Positions 36,204 through 46,247 of a stretch of DNA of 64,000 nt are shown here, piece by piece. Every line of letters starts with the position of its first letter. The stretch's first letter is position 1. The notes beneath the pieces were generated by a model. The model did no database searches, had not been told where the DNA came from, and saw only the letters and a program-made list of their open reading frames with translations. This stretch comes from Eubacteriales bacterium (GTDB lineage: Bacteria; Bacillota; Desulfotomaculia; Desulfotomaculales; Nap2-2B), in the NCBI GenBank assembly GCA_041653135.1, contig JBAZGB010000002.1, positions 24,838 through 88,837 of the forward strand. Direction: 5' to 3'. The position numbers and the translations under genes are program-made.

Positions 36204-36743
36204 TTACTGTACGGCTGTCTGCCCTGTCTTATCTGTTGTCCGGGGGATTACCTCGTATAAATAATTGTTATCGTGCCTCATCTGCAGATAGATCCTGTCC
36301 TGATCGATAAACACACTTGCTGCTGCGCCTTTTTCCGCCGCCTGTTTATTCACGTAATCGATCATTTCCCGGTAGTTCCCCCGCATTACAGCCTCATAAA
36401 CCGCAAACTGGCTGTAATAGAAAGCATTGTTTAACTGAACGTCGCGTTTATCCCGAAGGACGAGTTCATAGAACTTCCCGCCCAGTATGTTCCGCACCCC
36501 CCTGTCAAGCTCTCCGTAGGTTTCTTTCAAATTCTCAACCGGGGCAAGCAGAACGGAAATTTGCACCAGGGATCCATCCCGCTTTATTTCAAATGCCTGG
36601 ATATAACTCTGGCTTTCCAGAAAGCCCGCCAGGGGCTGTTCAATACTGAACCTGTTGAACAGCCAGCGTGCGCCTAAGAAAACTACCAGGCTGGCCGCCA
36701 GGACCAGCAGGATTATGGGTATCCGCAAACCCTTCCAGGGCAT
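36204..36743 (-). CDS. Hypothetical membrane-anchored protein downstream of rimO
   Basis: 179-aa ORF with a single N-terminal TM (IPIILLVLAASLVVFLG), lying 20 nt after the rimO stop. Confidence 0.6.
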   Translation of the reverse strand: MPWKGLRIPIILLVLAASLVVFLGARWLFNRFSIEQPLAGFLESQSYIQAFEIKRDGSLVQISVLLAPVENLKETYGELDRGVRNILGGKFYELVLRDKRDVQLNNAFYYSQFAVYEAVMRGNYREMIDYVNKQAAEKGAAASVFIDQDRIYLQMRHDNNYLYEVIPRTTDKTGQTAVQ

Positions 36744-36763
36744 TCTTGATCCACCTTCTTTTA

Positions 36764-38095
36764 TTAAACCAGTTTTCCCAGAAGATCATATTCGAGACCC
36801 CTGGTTACCATAACATTTACAAAATCTCCGGCCCCGGGCCCGGGGCTCCCGGCTGTAAAATAAACTTTTCCGTCAACTTCAGGGCTGTCCGCTTCCGAGC
36901 GGCCGAAGTAAAGATTGTTCGTCTTATCTTTCCCATCGACGAGCACAGTTATTTTACCGCCAACCAAAGACTGGTTGTATTTAAGGGATATCTGCCGCTG
37001 CAGGGCCATTGCCCGGTGATAGCGCTCTTCCTTGATTTCTTCCGGAACCTGGCCGTCCATCAGCATGGCTGAAGTCCCCTCTTCCGGATAATATTTGAAA
37101 ACGCCGGCCCGCTCAAACGACATATCCTTCATAAAACCAATTAATTCTTCAAAATCCCGCTCGCTTTCACCCGGGAAACCGACCATGAAGGTCGTCCTCA
37201 GCGCAAGTCCGGGGATGGCGGCCCGCAGCCTTAAGATCAGCTTTTTTATTCCGGAAACGCTTTGGCGGCGGTTCATCCGGTGAAGTATTTCATCGCTGGC
37301 GTGCTGTACCGGAATGTCAAGATAACGGCAGATCTTTGGTTCACCGGCAAGGACATCAATAAGTTCCCCAGTGAAATGGTCTGCTGAACAGTACATCAGT
37401 CGCAGCCAGAAAAGATCCGGAATATTTGCCAGACGCTTAAGCAGATCCGCCAGCCGGTATTTGCCGTACAAATCAATCCCGTAACTGGCTGTGTCCTGGG
37501 CAATCAAGATAATCTCTTTCACGCCCTGAGCCGCCAGCAGTCCTGCCTCTTCCTCAACGGATTCAATTGTCCGGCTCCTATAATGCCCCCTGATCGCCGG
37601 TATAATGCAAAAAGCGCAGCGGTTGCTGCAGCCTTCGGCAATTTTCAGGTATGCCGTATGGGGAGGAGTAGTCCTCAACCTGGGCAGGGAGGCCGTAATT
37701 TCATACTGCGGCCCGGCTATCTCACAAAACCTTTCCCCGTTCAGGGCGCGCCGGACAAGCCCGGCAACATATGGAACAGATCCTGTGCCAAAGAAACCGT
37801 CCACTTCGGGGAATTCCTCCAAAAGCAGTCTGCCGTACCTCTGCGGCATACAGCCGCAGACAAGCAGAACCCGGCAGACGCCGGATTTTTTATAACGGGA
37901 AAGTTCGAGAATATTTTTGATCGACTCCATCTGGGCCGGTTCAATGAAACTGCAGGTATTTACGATCAGTGCTTCGGCTTCTTCCTCGCTGTTGGTAATT
38001 TCAAAGCCCGCTTCTTTCAAAAGCCCCAGCATTATCTCGCTATCCACCAGGTTTTTTGCACAACCCAGGCTGACCAATCCAACCCGGCAAGACAT
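36764..38095 (-). CDS. rimO: Ribosomal protein S12 methylthiotransferase RimO
   Basis: MSCRVGLVSLGCAKNLVDSE (RimO-type N-terminus), radical-SAM CxxxCxxC (EGCSNRCAFCIIP) and a C-terminal TRAM domain. I place the start at ATG 38095. Confidence 0.9.
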   Translation of the reverse strand: MSCRVGLVSLGCAKNLVDSEIMLGLLKEAGFEITNSEEEAEALIVNTCSFIEPAQMESIKNILELSRYKKSGVCRVLLVCGCMPQRYGRLLLEEFPEVDGFFGTGSVPYVAGLVRRALNGERFCEIAGPQYEITASLPRLRTTPPHTAYLKIAEGCSNRCAFCIIPAIRGHYRSRTIESVEEEAGLLAAQGVKEIILIAQDTASYGIDLYGKYRLADLLKRLANIPDLFWLRLMYCSADHFTGELIDVLAGEPKICRYLDIPVQHASDEILHRMNRRQSVSGIKKLILRLRAAIPGLALRTTFMVGFPGESERDFEELIGFMKDMSFERAGVFKYYPEEGTSAMLMDGQVPEEIKEERYHRAMALQRQISLKYNQSLVGGKITVLVDGKDKTNNLYFGRSEADSPEVDGKVYFTAGSPGPGAGDFVNVMVTRGLEYDLLGKLV

Positions 38096-38143
38096 TAAGC
38101 GCTCCCTCTCCCATTGTCCGAAAGGCGCCAAAACCTCCCGGCA

Positions 38144-38881
38144 TTATTTTTGCACAGTGAATTCTTTTTCGATTACCTCGCCCTTCTTACCCAGAGGACC
38201 TATTACGCGGCCGTTAACCGTTACCTCAACTGCTCCTGCGTTGCCCAGCTTTATGTACATCCGTTCGCTTGCCTGAAAACCTATAGAATTTCCGGCAGCG
38301 ACAGTGCCTGTGAATTTAGTTACGCCGTCCGGGGCAACCCGCATCCAGCACTCGTCGCCTGTTACGTCCAAGACAATGTTAAGTCCCTCTTGATTTGCCT
38401 CAGTTGTTTTCTCCTGCTGGTTCCCTTTAAGACGTTCAATCAAATTAGAGGGCTTGATGTCTTCCCGGCCGGAACCGTTTGATTTTACAATATGGGTATA
38501 GCCGGCCCAAACCAAATAGCCGGCCAGGATTATTATTACAGCAAATGCTATATAACAGGCGGTTTTTTTGAGCTTTTTTGCAGATAAGGATTCTTTAGGC
38601 GGAAAATTAAAAGCTGCCGGGGTATGCTTTTCCGACAGGTCATTTATTTCAACCGGGTTTTGTTCTTCAAATCCTGACAGAAGCTCCCCGGGGTCCAAAC
38701 CCAGAAGACGGGCATAGCTTCTTAAGAAACCCCTGGTATAAACACCTCCGGGAAGAGCGTCAAAAGAATCGTTTTCAATGGCCTTGATGTATTTTAAATT
38801 GATCCTCGTCAGCCGCGCGACATCTTCCATTGACAAACCACGGGCTTCCCTGGCCTTTCGTAAGGTTTTCCCGATTTCCAA
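38144..38881 (-). CDS. rodZ: RodZ-like cytoskeleton protein (N-terminal XRE HTH, TM, C-terminal DUF4115-like domain)
   Basis: MEIGKTLRKAREARGLSMEDVARLTRINLKYIKAIENDSFDALPGGVYTRGFLRSYARLLGLD, in the position equivalent to Bacillus ymfM. Confidence 0.8.
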   Translation of the reverse strand: MEIGKTLRKAREARGLSMEDVARLTRINLKYIKAIENDSFDALPGGVYTRGFLRSYARLLGLDPGELLSGFEEQNPVEINDLSEKHTPAAFNFPPKESLSAKKLKKTACYIAFAVIIILAGYLVWAGYTHIVKSNGSGREDIKPSNLIERLKGNQQEKTTEANQEGLNIVLDVTGDECWMRVAPDGVTKFTGTVAAGNSIGFQASERMYIKLGNAGAVEVTVNGRVIGPLGKKGEVIEKEFTVQK

Positions 38882-38949
38882 TAGACCACCCCTAACTGAA
38901 GGCCTGTGCTATTATCGTATTCCTTAAGCATAGAACAGTCAAACTATTT

Positions 38950-41199
38950 TTACTGTTTATGAAACGTTTCCTGATATTGATCAAGGGTCATCAGAACCGC
39001 CCTGGGCTTATTTCCCTCCGAACCGCCCACGATTCCTTTTCTTTCCATGATATCGATCAGGCGAGCCGCTCTTGTATAACCTATGCGCAGGCGCCTCTGC
39101 AAAAGCGAGACGGAACCGTGGCCGGCTTCAATCAAGAACTCCACCGCACGGGGCAAAAGCTCATCTTCAAATTCCTGGGGATTCCCTTTTGAGTTTGTTT
39201 CCCCGATCAGGCGTCCTTCGTAATTGGGGCCGGCCTGCTTTTTCAGAAAGGAGACCAGCGATTCCACTTCCTGGTCGGAGAGAAAGGCGCCCTGCAAACG
39301 GACTGGTTTTGCCGCTCCGACAGGATAAAAGAGCATATCCCCCCTTCCCAGCAGCTTTTCGGCTCCTGCCATATCTAGAATCGTCCTGGAATCAATCTGC
39401 GAAGAAACTGCAAATGAGATGCGCGACGGAATATTGGCCTTGATCATGCCGGTGATCACGTCTACCGAAGGGCGCTGCGTCGCGACCACAAGGTGGATCC
39501 CCGCCGCCCTGGCCATCTGGGCGAGGCGGCAGATGGCGTCTTCCACATCTGCCGGGGCGATCATCATCAAATCAGCCAGTTCATCAATGATAACCACCAA
39601 AAAGGGTATTGTTTTCCTCTCTTCTTCCTGCCCGTCCCTGGATTCGAAGCTGTAAGGCAGGTTGTTATACCTGTTGATGTCCCTCACCCCGGCGGAGGCA
39701 AAAAGCTCGTACCTTCGTTCCATCTCTTTTACAGCCCAGCGCAGGGAAGTCGCCGCTTTGCGCGGTTCGGTGACAACCGGTGAAACGAGGTGGGGTATGC
39801 CGTCATATGTGCTCAGCTCAACCATTTTTGGATCAATGATCAGGAACTTGACCTTGTCGGGTGGGGCTTTAAACAAAATACTGGCAATCAATATATTCAG
39901 GCAGACGCTTTTCCCCGAACCCGTAGCCCCCGCAATTAAAAGATGCGGCATCTGGGCCAGGTCGGCGACAATGGGGTTGCCGGCAATATCCTTGCCCAGG
40001 GCTACCGTCAGGCAGGAAGCCGATTTTTGGAACTCATCGGTTTCCAGCAGTTCGCGCAAAGGCACCATGGAGATCTCCCGGTTGGGCACCTCTATTCCGA
40101 CCGCCGCCTTGCCCGGAATTGGAGCTTCGATACGCACATCGGGAGCAGCCATACACAGGGCAATGTCATCGGAAAGGCTTACAATCCTGCTTACTTTGAC
40201 ACCTGCGGGCGGCTGTATTTCGTAGCGGGTTATGGTCGGCCCCCTGGATACCTGGGTTACTCTTGCCTTCACGCCAAAGCTCTGCAGGGTCTCTTCCAGC
40301 GTGCGTATGCTTTCCGTAATATCCTTGCTTACCCGCCTGACTTTCGGACGAACCTGTTTGGCTAATATATCTAAAGTGGGCAACTGGTAAGATACGTTCT
40401 CGGTTGTCGCCAGCGGTTCCAGTTCACCAGGCAGAAAATCAGCCGGCAAACCCTCTTTTTCATACTGGTCCCTGTTCTCAGTATGATAAGTAATCACCGG
40501 AGCTCTGACGTCTTTCGCAAAGGCCGGCTTAGAATTGCCTTTTCTCCCGCCTGAAATCTCCCCTTCGGCAAATTCTTCCGCTTGAATTCCGCTCTGATCA
40601 ATGATCACCGGCGGGGAGGGCGGATCGTCAGGGATTTCAATTTCTTCTTCCGTAAAAAGAAAATTCAGGAAAAGCTGCTTAAAACGCGCATAGAGTATAC
40701 TGAACCGGATGACGGACCTCTTAATGAGCATGTTGAGACTGACATTGGCGCTGAGCAGTATGCCGACCAGGGCAAGGGTAAACAAAACAACATAAGTTCC
40801 GGTAAGTCCGAAAGAACGCTTTAAAACGAGGCTGCAAACAGCCCCTACAATTCCCCCGCCCTTTCCTCTCAGACCCGCATCAAGAGCTTGCGAAGGCGGA
40901 ATAATCAGGTGAATAACTGTTAAAATCACAATAAAAATTAAAAGGCCGCCATAAAAGCGTGGGATCACCTTCAGCTGGCTTTTCAAGAAAAGCAGGCGCA
41001 GACCTAAAAAGACCAGCAGCGCGGGAAAAACATATCGTCCTTCACCGGTTGTGCCGCGTAAAATACGCTCGACCAACTTGCTGACCAGTCCTACGGAGGG
41101 ATCTAACAGGCTGATTAAGCAAAGAATGGCCACGGTGAGAAAAACTATTCCCACTATTTCGTACTTCTGCTGTTCCTTGGCCTGCCTGGAAATTGCCAA
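38950..41199 (-). CDS. ftsK: DNA translocase FtsK/SpoIIIE
   Basis: 749 aa with N-terminal TM helices, a motor domain with Walker A (GATGSGKS), and a C-terminal gamma domain (LLQRRLRIGYTRAARLID). Confidence 0.93.
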   Translation of the reverse strand: MAISRQAKEQQKYEIVGIVFLTVAILCLISLLDPSVGLVSKLVERILRGTTGEGRYVFPALLVFLGLRLLFLKSQLKVIPRFYGGLLIFIVILTVIHLIIPPSQALDAGLRGKGGGIVGAVCSLVLKRSFGLTGTYVVLFTLALVGILLSANVSLNMLIKRSVIRFSILYARFKQLFLNFLFTEEEIEIPDDPPSPPVIIDQSGIQAEEFAEGEISGGRKGNSKPAFAKDVRAPVITYHTENRDQYEKEGLPADFLPGELEPLATTENVSYQLPTLDILAKQVRPKVRRVSKDITESIRTLEETLQSFGVKARVTQVSRGPTITRYEIQPPAGVKVSRIVSLSDDIALCMAAPDVRIEAPIPGKAAVGIEVPNREISMVPLRELLETDEFQKSASCLTVALGKDIAGNPIVADLAQMPHLLIAGATGSGKSVCLNILIASILFKAPPDKVKFLIIDPKMVELSTYDGIPHLVSPVVTEPRKAATSLRWAVKEMERRYELFASAGVRDINRYNNLPYSFESRDGQEEERKTIPFLVVIIDELADLMMIAPADVEDAICRLAQMARAAGIHLVVATQRPSVDVITGMIKANIPSRISFAVSSQIDSRTILDMAGAEKLLGRGDMLFYPVGAAKPVRLQGAFLSDQEVESLVSFLKKQAGPNYEGRLIGETNSKGNPQEFEDELLPRAVEFLIEAGHGSVSLLQRRLRIGYTRAARLIDIMERKGIVGGSEGNKPRAVLMTLDQYQETFHKQ

Positions 41200-41324
41200 A
41201 TATAACCAACCCCTAGCAGTTATATACTACATATGACAACAGATTCCTGCAATGCTACTATATTTTACCAGACAGGATTCTATTACCTTATTTCTTACTG
41301 CGCGGGATTGTTTGTTTTAATTAT

Positions 41325-42119
41325 CTATCCTCTGGTTAATGCAAATATGATTACGGCTGCCCCCAGCAGCAGGCGATAGACAATAAAAATACCGAAGTTG
41401 TGGCGGGTGAGATAATCCAGCAGGAACTTGATTGATAAAAAGCCGACCACCGCGGAGACAACCACGCCTGTAAAAAACGGCACATTAAGGTCTCCGGGAG
41501 TGATTTTGGAAAACTGGGCGACCCCGGCGCCGAGAACAATCGGGGTAGAAAGTAAAAAGGAAAAGCGGGCTGATTCACTTCTTTTAAGTCCTAAAAGAAG
41601 GCCTGCCGTCATTGTAATACCTGCCCTGGAAACGCCTGGTATGATCGCCAGCGCCTGGGATACGCCGATCCAAAGACCTCCTCCAAAGCCCATCTGTTCA
41701 AGGCCTTTCTTTTTTGAAGAATAGGAATCAGCAATAAAAAGAACAATTCCCATCACGACAAGCATAATTCCAATCAGCAAAGGCTCCCGGAAAACAGTTT
41801 CCGCCTGTTCTTCAAGGAAGTATCCAAACAGGGCGCCGGGCACTGTCGCTGCAACTATGGTCCAAAAAAGGCGCCCCTGGCTTATTGAAGGCCGGCTGAA
41901 ACCTTCCTTGATCAGGATAAGCCAGTCCTTCCAGAAAAATGCCACCAGTGCCGCCAGAGTGCCGACGTGCAGGGCTACGTCAAAAGTAAGCCCGGGGTCA
42001 GACCAGCTAAAAAACCAGGGAACCAGGACCAGGTGAGCGGAACTGGAAATGGGCAAAAACTCCCCCAATCCCTGCACGACGCCTAGAATAACCGCTTCGA
42101 TAACCGACAACCGAACCAC
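41325..42119 (-). CDS. uppP: Undecaprenyl-diphosphate phosphatase
   Basis: 264 aa with BacA/UppP motifs (QGLGEFLPISSSAHL; PGVSRAG). Confidence 0.93.
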   Translation of the reverse strand: MVRLSVIEAVILGVVQGLGEFLPISSSAHLVLVPWFFSWSDPGLTFDVALHVGTLAALVAFFWKDWLILIKEGFSRPSISQGRLFWTIVAATVPGALFGYFLEEQAETVFREPLLIGIMLVVMGIVLFIADSYSSKKKGLEQMGFGGGLWIGVSQALAIIPGVSRAGITMTAGLLLGLKRSESARFSFLLSTPIVLGAGVAQFSKITPGDLNVPFFTGVVVSAVVGFLSIKFLLDYLTRHNFGIFIVYRLLLGAAVIIFALTRG

Positions 42120-42355
42120 CCTTATTTTAAGATTTCTTTCTCATCCACCGGGTCAATTTTAGGGAAAACAACATCCTGCCAATGATAACATAAAAGTTAA
42201 CAAATTACTTTTTTATGACAGCTAATTAAAGTCTTTACAGTATATTCAGACCCGCCCTACGAGAATAACTACTCTGAAAATTAACTTGTCAGGGTGTATT
42301 TTTGGATATATTTAAACATACTAAAAAAACAATCCGACTGCAAGGAGAGAAATAG

Positions 42356-43168
42356 ATGTCCGAAGAAAACCGCGGCAACGGCAAGAACGATTTCCCCTAC
42401 CCGCCAGATTTTGAACCGGATCACGGCTGCGACCCGTTTGATCCGAACGCACCCGTACCGCAGGAACCCCAACCAGATAAGCAGAACCAGTCAGGCATGC
42501 AAAATTTGAAGGAGTTTGGAACCAATAATCTGCCTGACGGCAAAAGCAATATTCACTGTCTGACCATAATCGGCCAGATTGAGGGGCATCTTGTTTTGCC
42601 CCCGCAGAACAAAACCACCAAGTACGAGCATATCATCCCCCAACTGGTTGCCCTGGAGGAAAGCAAGGACATCGAAGGCGTGCTGGTAGTCCTTAATACC
42701 GTGGGCGGCGATGTTGAAGCCGGGCTGGCAATTTCCGAGATGGTCGCCGGGCTTTCCAAACCGACCGTGGCCATAGTCCTGGGCGGAGGACACAGCATCG
42801 GCGTTCCGATTGCAGTAGCTGCAAAGTATAGCTTCATCGCCCTTACCGCCAGCATGACCATCCACCCAATCAGGCTGAACGGCCTGGTGATTGGCGTTCC
42901 GCAGACCTACGAATATCTGGACAAAATGCAGGACAGGGTAGTGCGCTTTGTGACTCAGCACTCCAGAATAAATGAGGCGACTTTCCGGGAAATGATGTTC
43001 CGGACAGGCGAACTGGCCAGGGATATCGGGACCGTTTTAATAGGCCAGGAAGCGGTCGAATGCGGTTTAATCGATGAAGTGGGCAGCGTTGGGCATGCGG
43101 TGGATAAGCTAAAGAGGTTGATCAGGGATAAAAATCAGAAACAGTGGGAAGTGCAATCTGTCCAATGA
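42356..43168 (+). CDS. tepA: TepA (ClpP-fold translocation-enhancing protein, YmfB-like)
   Basis: [37 protein letters not shown]...[18 protein letters not shown]. It is followed by ylzJ with an ATGA overlap, as in Bacillus. Confidence 0.8.
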   Translation: MSEENRGNGKNDFPYPPDFEPDHGCDPFDPNAPVPQEPQPDKQNQSGMQNLKEFGTNNLPDGKSNIHCLTIIGQIEGHLVLPPQNKTTKYEHIIPQLVALEESKDIEGVLVVLNTVGGDVEAGLAISEMVAGLSKPTVAIVLGGGHSIGVPIAVAAKYSFIALTASMTIHPIRLNGLVIGVPQTYEYLDKMQDRVVRFVTQHSRINEATFREMMFRTGELARDIGTVLIGQEAVECGLIDEVGSVGHAVDKLKRLIRDKNQKQWEVQSVQ

Positions 43169-43398
43169 TTATCTACACACCTTTATACCTCGAACTTGTC
43201 CTGGAGGGGCTGGAGGACATGAAAGAGCCCAAAACCCGTCAGGTCGAACTGGACGGGGTGCCCCTGGTTATTGAGGATACCGGCCCCGGACAGGGCAGGG
43301 TGGTCAAACTTATAAGCACCAACCCCAGAGACTATCTGCGCGCCGATTTATATCCGGGAACCGAGATCAAATTCACTCAGCAGTGGTCTAAACCTTGA
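43165..43398 (+). CDS. ylzJ: YlzJ-like protein
   Basis: [15 protein letters not shown]...; ATG 43165 overlaps the tepA TGA (43166-43168). The track start 43144 adds 7 codons inside tepA. Confidence 0.7.
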   Translation: MIIYTPLYLELVLEGLEDMKEPKTRQVELDGVPLVIEDTGPGQGRVVKLISTNPRDYLRADLYPGTEIKFTQQWSKP

Positions 43399-43418
43399 TT
43401 TTTGGCCGGTTATTTCCA

Positions 43419-45059
43419 CTATAGATCAAATTCGGTTTCCGCAGTCCTGAAAGCTACAAAGAAAGTTGTTCCGTCCGGACTGGTTTCTAAATCTATTTTT
43501 GCATTATGCCGGGCGGCTATCTTATAACAAACTGCCAGGCCCAGACCAGTGCCGTAGTCTTTGGTAGTGAAAAACGGCACGTACAGTTTATCCATATGCT
43601 CCGGCTGAATTCCCTTACCCTGGTCTTTCACTGCCAGGACAACGCTCTGTCCGTCAGTGAATGTTTTTATTGTAAGATATCCCCCCCGGTCCATGGCTTC
43701 AAGGCCGTTGCGGGTAAGATTAAGAATCATTTGCTTGATGTCATTCTCTTCCAGGTTTAGGTCAGGAATTTCTTCAAGCTCAAGATTTAAAATCAGGCAT
43801 TTTTCGCCGGCTATCTCAATTAAATCTATCGAACTCAATACATCAACCGTTTTTCCGGCTTTACTAATATAGGTAGTCTCAAAATTCTTTACTGAACCCG
43901 TTTTCGATAAGTCATCTATAATCATTTCTCTGCCTGCCGGAATTAGCCAGGTTTTTATTCCCGTTGAGGCACTGCAAAATATTTCTTCCCGAATATATCC
44001 CATAGTTTCCAGAAAACGATCGTTTGCTTCAATAATCTTACCCTCCAAACTTCTAATAACCATCATAGCAGGGCTTTTATAGAAGACGTCGGAAAATTTT
44101 TCTTCCGACAGCCGAAGATTATCTTCGATTCTTTTCTTCTCAGAAATATCCTGAAAAATTACCGAAATACCGTTATGGAAAGGGTAAACGTGAACTGCAA
44201 CCCAAATCTTAGTATAAATTGTTTTTGCTTCAAAATGGGCCGGCTCTCTGTTTAACATAACTTTATAGTAGTTGTCCCAGAAAATTGAACCCATGGCTTT
44301 GGGGATCAAAGACCAGATATTTTTACCAAGGACATCTTCGTTAAAAAAGTATTTTTTTGCTTCTTCGTTGGCATAGGTAAACGTCCACTCATTATCGAGA
44401 GCAAAAAATGAGTCAGTCACGCTCTCTAAGATGATGGAAATTTCTTCGTTCTTTTTTCTTAACTCATCTTCAACTTCAATGAGCTGGAAATTTTCCTTTT
44501 TCAGCTTGTAATTACTTAGTCCAACTTCCCAGGTGCGTTTCTTGACCAATTCTTCCAAGTGCTCCTGATGCTCTTTTAAACGGTGTTCTAATTCTCTGCG
44601 TTCCGTGACATCCTCAAAAACAGCTGCCGCACCGGCGATGGAGCCGTTTTCGTCAAGCAAAGGAATAGAGCTGAAGATGGCTGTCTTATGTTTCCCGTCT
44701 TCCCAAAAAAGGTCGATTTCCTGCTCTTTAACCTTTTCACCCTGCCATACCGCACGCTGAATCGGCATTTCTTCCAGGGACAGTTCCTCGCCTTTATAAA
44801 ACATCTTGAAAGACAAATCGCTCGAAGCAGTATGTGAAAGAGCTTTCCCTGGTTGGATCCTTAAGAATTCCGCTGCTTTTTTGTTGTACTTTATATCACG
44901 GCAGGTTATGTCCGTTGTGATGCAAATTCCTGCGGGAACTGAATCAAAAACCTTTCTGAACAGCTCGGGATCGTGTTTTAAAATGCTTATTAAAGAGCTA
45001 AAAGTCTTTTCCAAAAAATCAACCCCTTGATAATTGTTATTAGACTGAAATTTTGACAA
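43419..45059 (-). CDS. Multi-PAS protein with C-terminal HATPase_c domain but no recognisable DHp/H-box (degenerate sensor histidine kinase)
   Basis: Three PAS-like segments plus a coiled coil, then the N-box (MILNLTRNGLEAM), G1 (DQGKGI) and G2 (GTGLGL). The last PAS strand (IAGEKCLILNL) runs directly into the ATPase lobe. Confidence 0.8.
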   Translation of the reverse strand: MSKFQSNNNYQGVDFLEKTFSSLISILKHDPELFRKVFDSVPAGICITTDITCRDIKYNKKAAEFLRIQPGKALSHTASSDLSFKMFYKGEELSLEEMPIQRAVWQGEKVKEQEIDLFWEDGKHKTAIFSSIPLLDENGSIAGAAAVFEDVTERRELEHRLKEHQEHLEELVKKRTWEVGLSNYKLKKENFQLIEVEDELRKKNEEISIILESVTDSFFALDNEWTFTYANEEAKKYFFNEDVLGKNIWSLIPKAMGSIFWDNYYKVMLNREPAHFEAKTIYTKIWVAVHVYPFHNGISVIFQDISEKKRIEDNLRLSEEKFSDVFYKSPAMMVIRSLEGKIIEANDRFLETMGYIREEIFCSASTGIKTWLIPAGREMIIDDLSKTGSVKNFETTYISKAGKTVDVLSSIDLIEIAGEKCLILNLELEEIPDLNLEENDIKQMILNLTRNGLEAMDRGGYLTIKTFTDGQSVVLAVKDQGKGIQPEHMDKLYVPFFTTKDYGTGLGLAVCYKIAARHNAKIDLETSPDGTTFFVAFRTAETEFDL

Positions 45060-45244
45060 ATTGAGGCTTAATTCCTTCGGCGAATTTGTCGAATTGTGGT
45101 ATTTTAAAGAGCAAATTTATGTCGAAAAAAATTAAAGTAGAGTTGAATCTAAAACAAACATATCTTTATTGTGGGGGTGTCATAAAGAGATTTGGACCGG
45201 GTTTAGCGTAAAATAAAACAGTTTCGATTGATTAGGAGGGGAAA

Positions 45245-45436
45245 ATGGAAAGGAAATTTTCAAAAGCCGAGGCCTTGAAATTCGGCTGGGAAGCGTTAAA
45301 GAAAAACATTTCGGTATTTTTAGTTATTTCTTTGATTTACTGCTTGATTAACTATCTTTATGAATTAAGCGCTCCTGTAATCGAAGTTCCCAATACAACC
45401 CCTGCCGAAGTCACGGATACCACTCTTGCCGAATGA
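45245..45436 (+). CDS. Small membrane ORF, probably the N-terminal stub of a larger membrane protein
   Basis: Strong RBS (taggagggg) and a terminator right after the stop. The sequence is MERKFSKAEALKFGWEALKKNISVFLVISLIYCLINYL..., with one TM followed by a T/P/E-rich tail. Confidence 0.45.
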   Translation: MERKFSKAEALKFGWEALKKNISVFLVISLIYCLINYLYELSAPVIEVPNTTPAEVTDTTLAE

Positions 45437-45451
45437 AACCCAGGGCCGGGT

Positions 45452-45476
45452 AAAACCGGCGGCAAGCCGGTTTTTT
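45452..45476. terminator. Bidirectional terminator hairpin between the 45245 ORF and the Dabb gene
   Basis: AAAACCGGC-ggcaa-GCCGGTTTTTT, with A-run and T-run flanks that serve both strands. Confidence 0.65.
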
Positions 45477-45481
45477 AACAG

Positions 45482-45790
45482 CTATTTCTCAAATGGCGCT
45501 TCTGTATCTATATCAACCGACATAAGGGCTTCCTTCATGCTTAATACCCTTTTGGCCACGACCAGATGGTCGGGGTGGTTTTTGAATTCATCAAGCCCCG
45601 GGATGTCATCTGTGAAAACTATTACAGCGTGAGTGTATCCCCTTCCATACTGGGAGAAATTCTCGCCGCAGTAGATTTCCCTGATACTTTTTATTTTAGG
45701 CTTGAGCGCCCTTAATTCCTCAAAGTCCCTGGCGATGTCTTCCTTTGATGCGTCGGGCTTCCACTTGAACATCACACAATGTACGATCAT
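45482..45790 (-). CDS. Dabb (stress-responsive alpha/beta barrel) family protein
   Basis: MIVHCVMFKWKPDASKEDI...HPDHLVVAK, a typical Dabb dimeric-barrel protein. Confidence 0.85.
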   Translation of the reverse strand: MIVHCVMFKWKPDASKEDIARDFEELRALKPKIKSIREIYCGENFSQYGRGYTHAVIVFTDDIPGLDEFKNHPDHLVVAKRVLSMKEALMSVDIDTEAPFEK

Positions 45791-45852
45791 TTAAAAACCT
45801 CCCTTTGTAAGCTGTTGTTTTAGATTATAATACCATTTTTTTTTGCCCTGAA

Positions 45853-45884
45853 GCGAACTTGAGCACGCTTAGCAGTTGACCTCC
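45853..45884 (+). repeat. 32-bp motif shared with 55845-55875
   Basis: GCGAACTTGAGCACGCTTAGCAGTTGACCTCC here versus GCGAACATGAGCACG-TAGACAGTTGACCTCC at 55845-55875. In both places a TATAAT lies 22-25 nt upstream on the plus strand. Confidence 0.6.
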
Positions 45885-45920
45885 TAAGGCAAGTTATTTT
45901 CAGGATAGCGGGAAAATGTG

Positions 45921-46247
45921 TTATTCTTCGACGGGGATACCGAATAGAGGCTGCAACCAGTTTTGCCGCCCATGCAGCACTCTGGCGATTACTATGCGAT
46001 CCTCCAACACCCCGTAAAAGATAATGTACGGATTTACTATAATGTGCCTGTATCCACGCTGCGCGCCGGGAGCGTCTTCTTCCGAGATAACAGGTCCCAT
46101 CCCGGGGAAATCTTGCAGCTTCTTGATACTCTCATAGATGCGCAGCTTCAATTTCCCGGCTGCTTGCCTGTTGTCCTTGGAGACGCAGGCAAACATGCTG
46201 TCGATGTCATAATAGGCAGATTCTGAGAGAACGATTCTTTTACCCAT
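45921..46247 (-). CDS. Type II toxin, ParE/RelE family
   Basis: 108 aa (...GYRHIIVNPYIIFYGVLEDRIVIARVLHGRQ). It overlaps the upstream antitoxin gene by 8 nt. Confidence 0.85.
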   Translation of the reverse strand: MGKRIVLSESAYYDIDSMFACVSKDNRQAAGKLKLRIYESIKKLQDFPGMGPVISEEDAPGAQRGYRHIIVNPYIIFYGVLEDRIVIARVLHGRQNWLQPLFGIPVEE

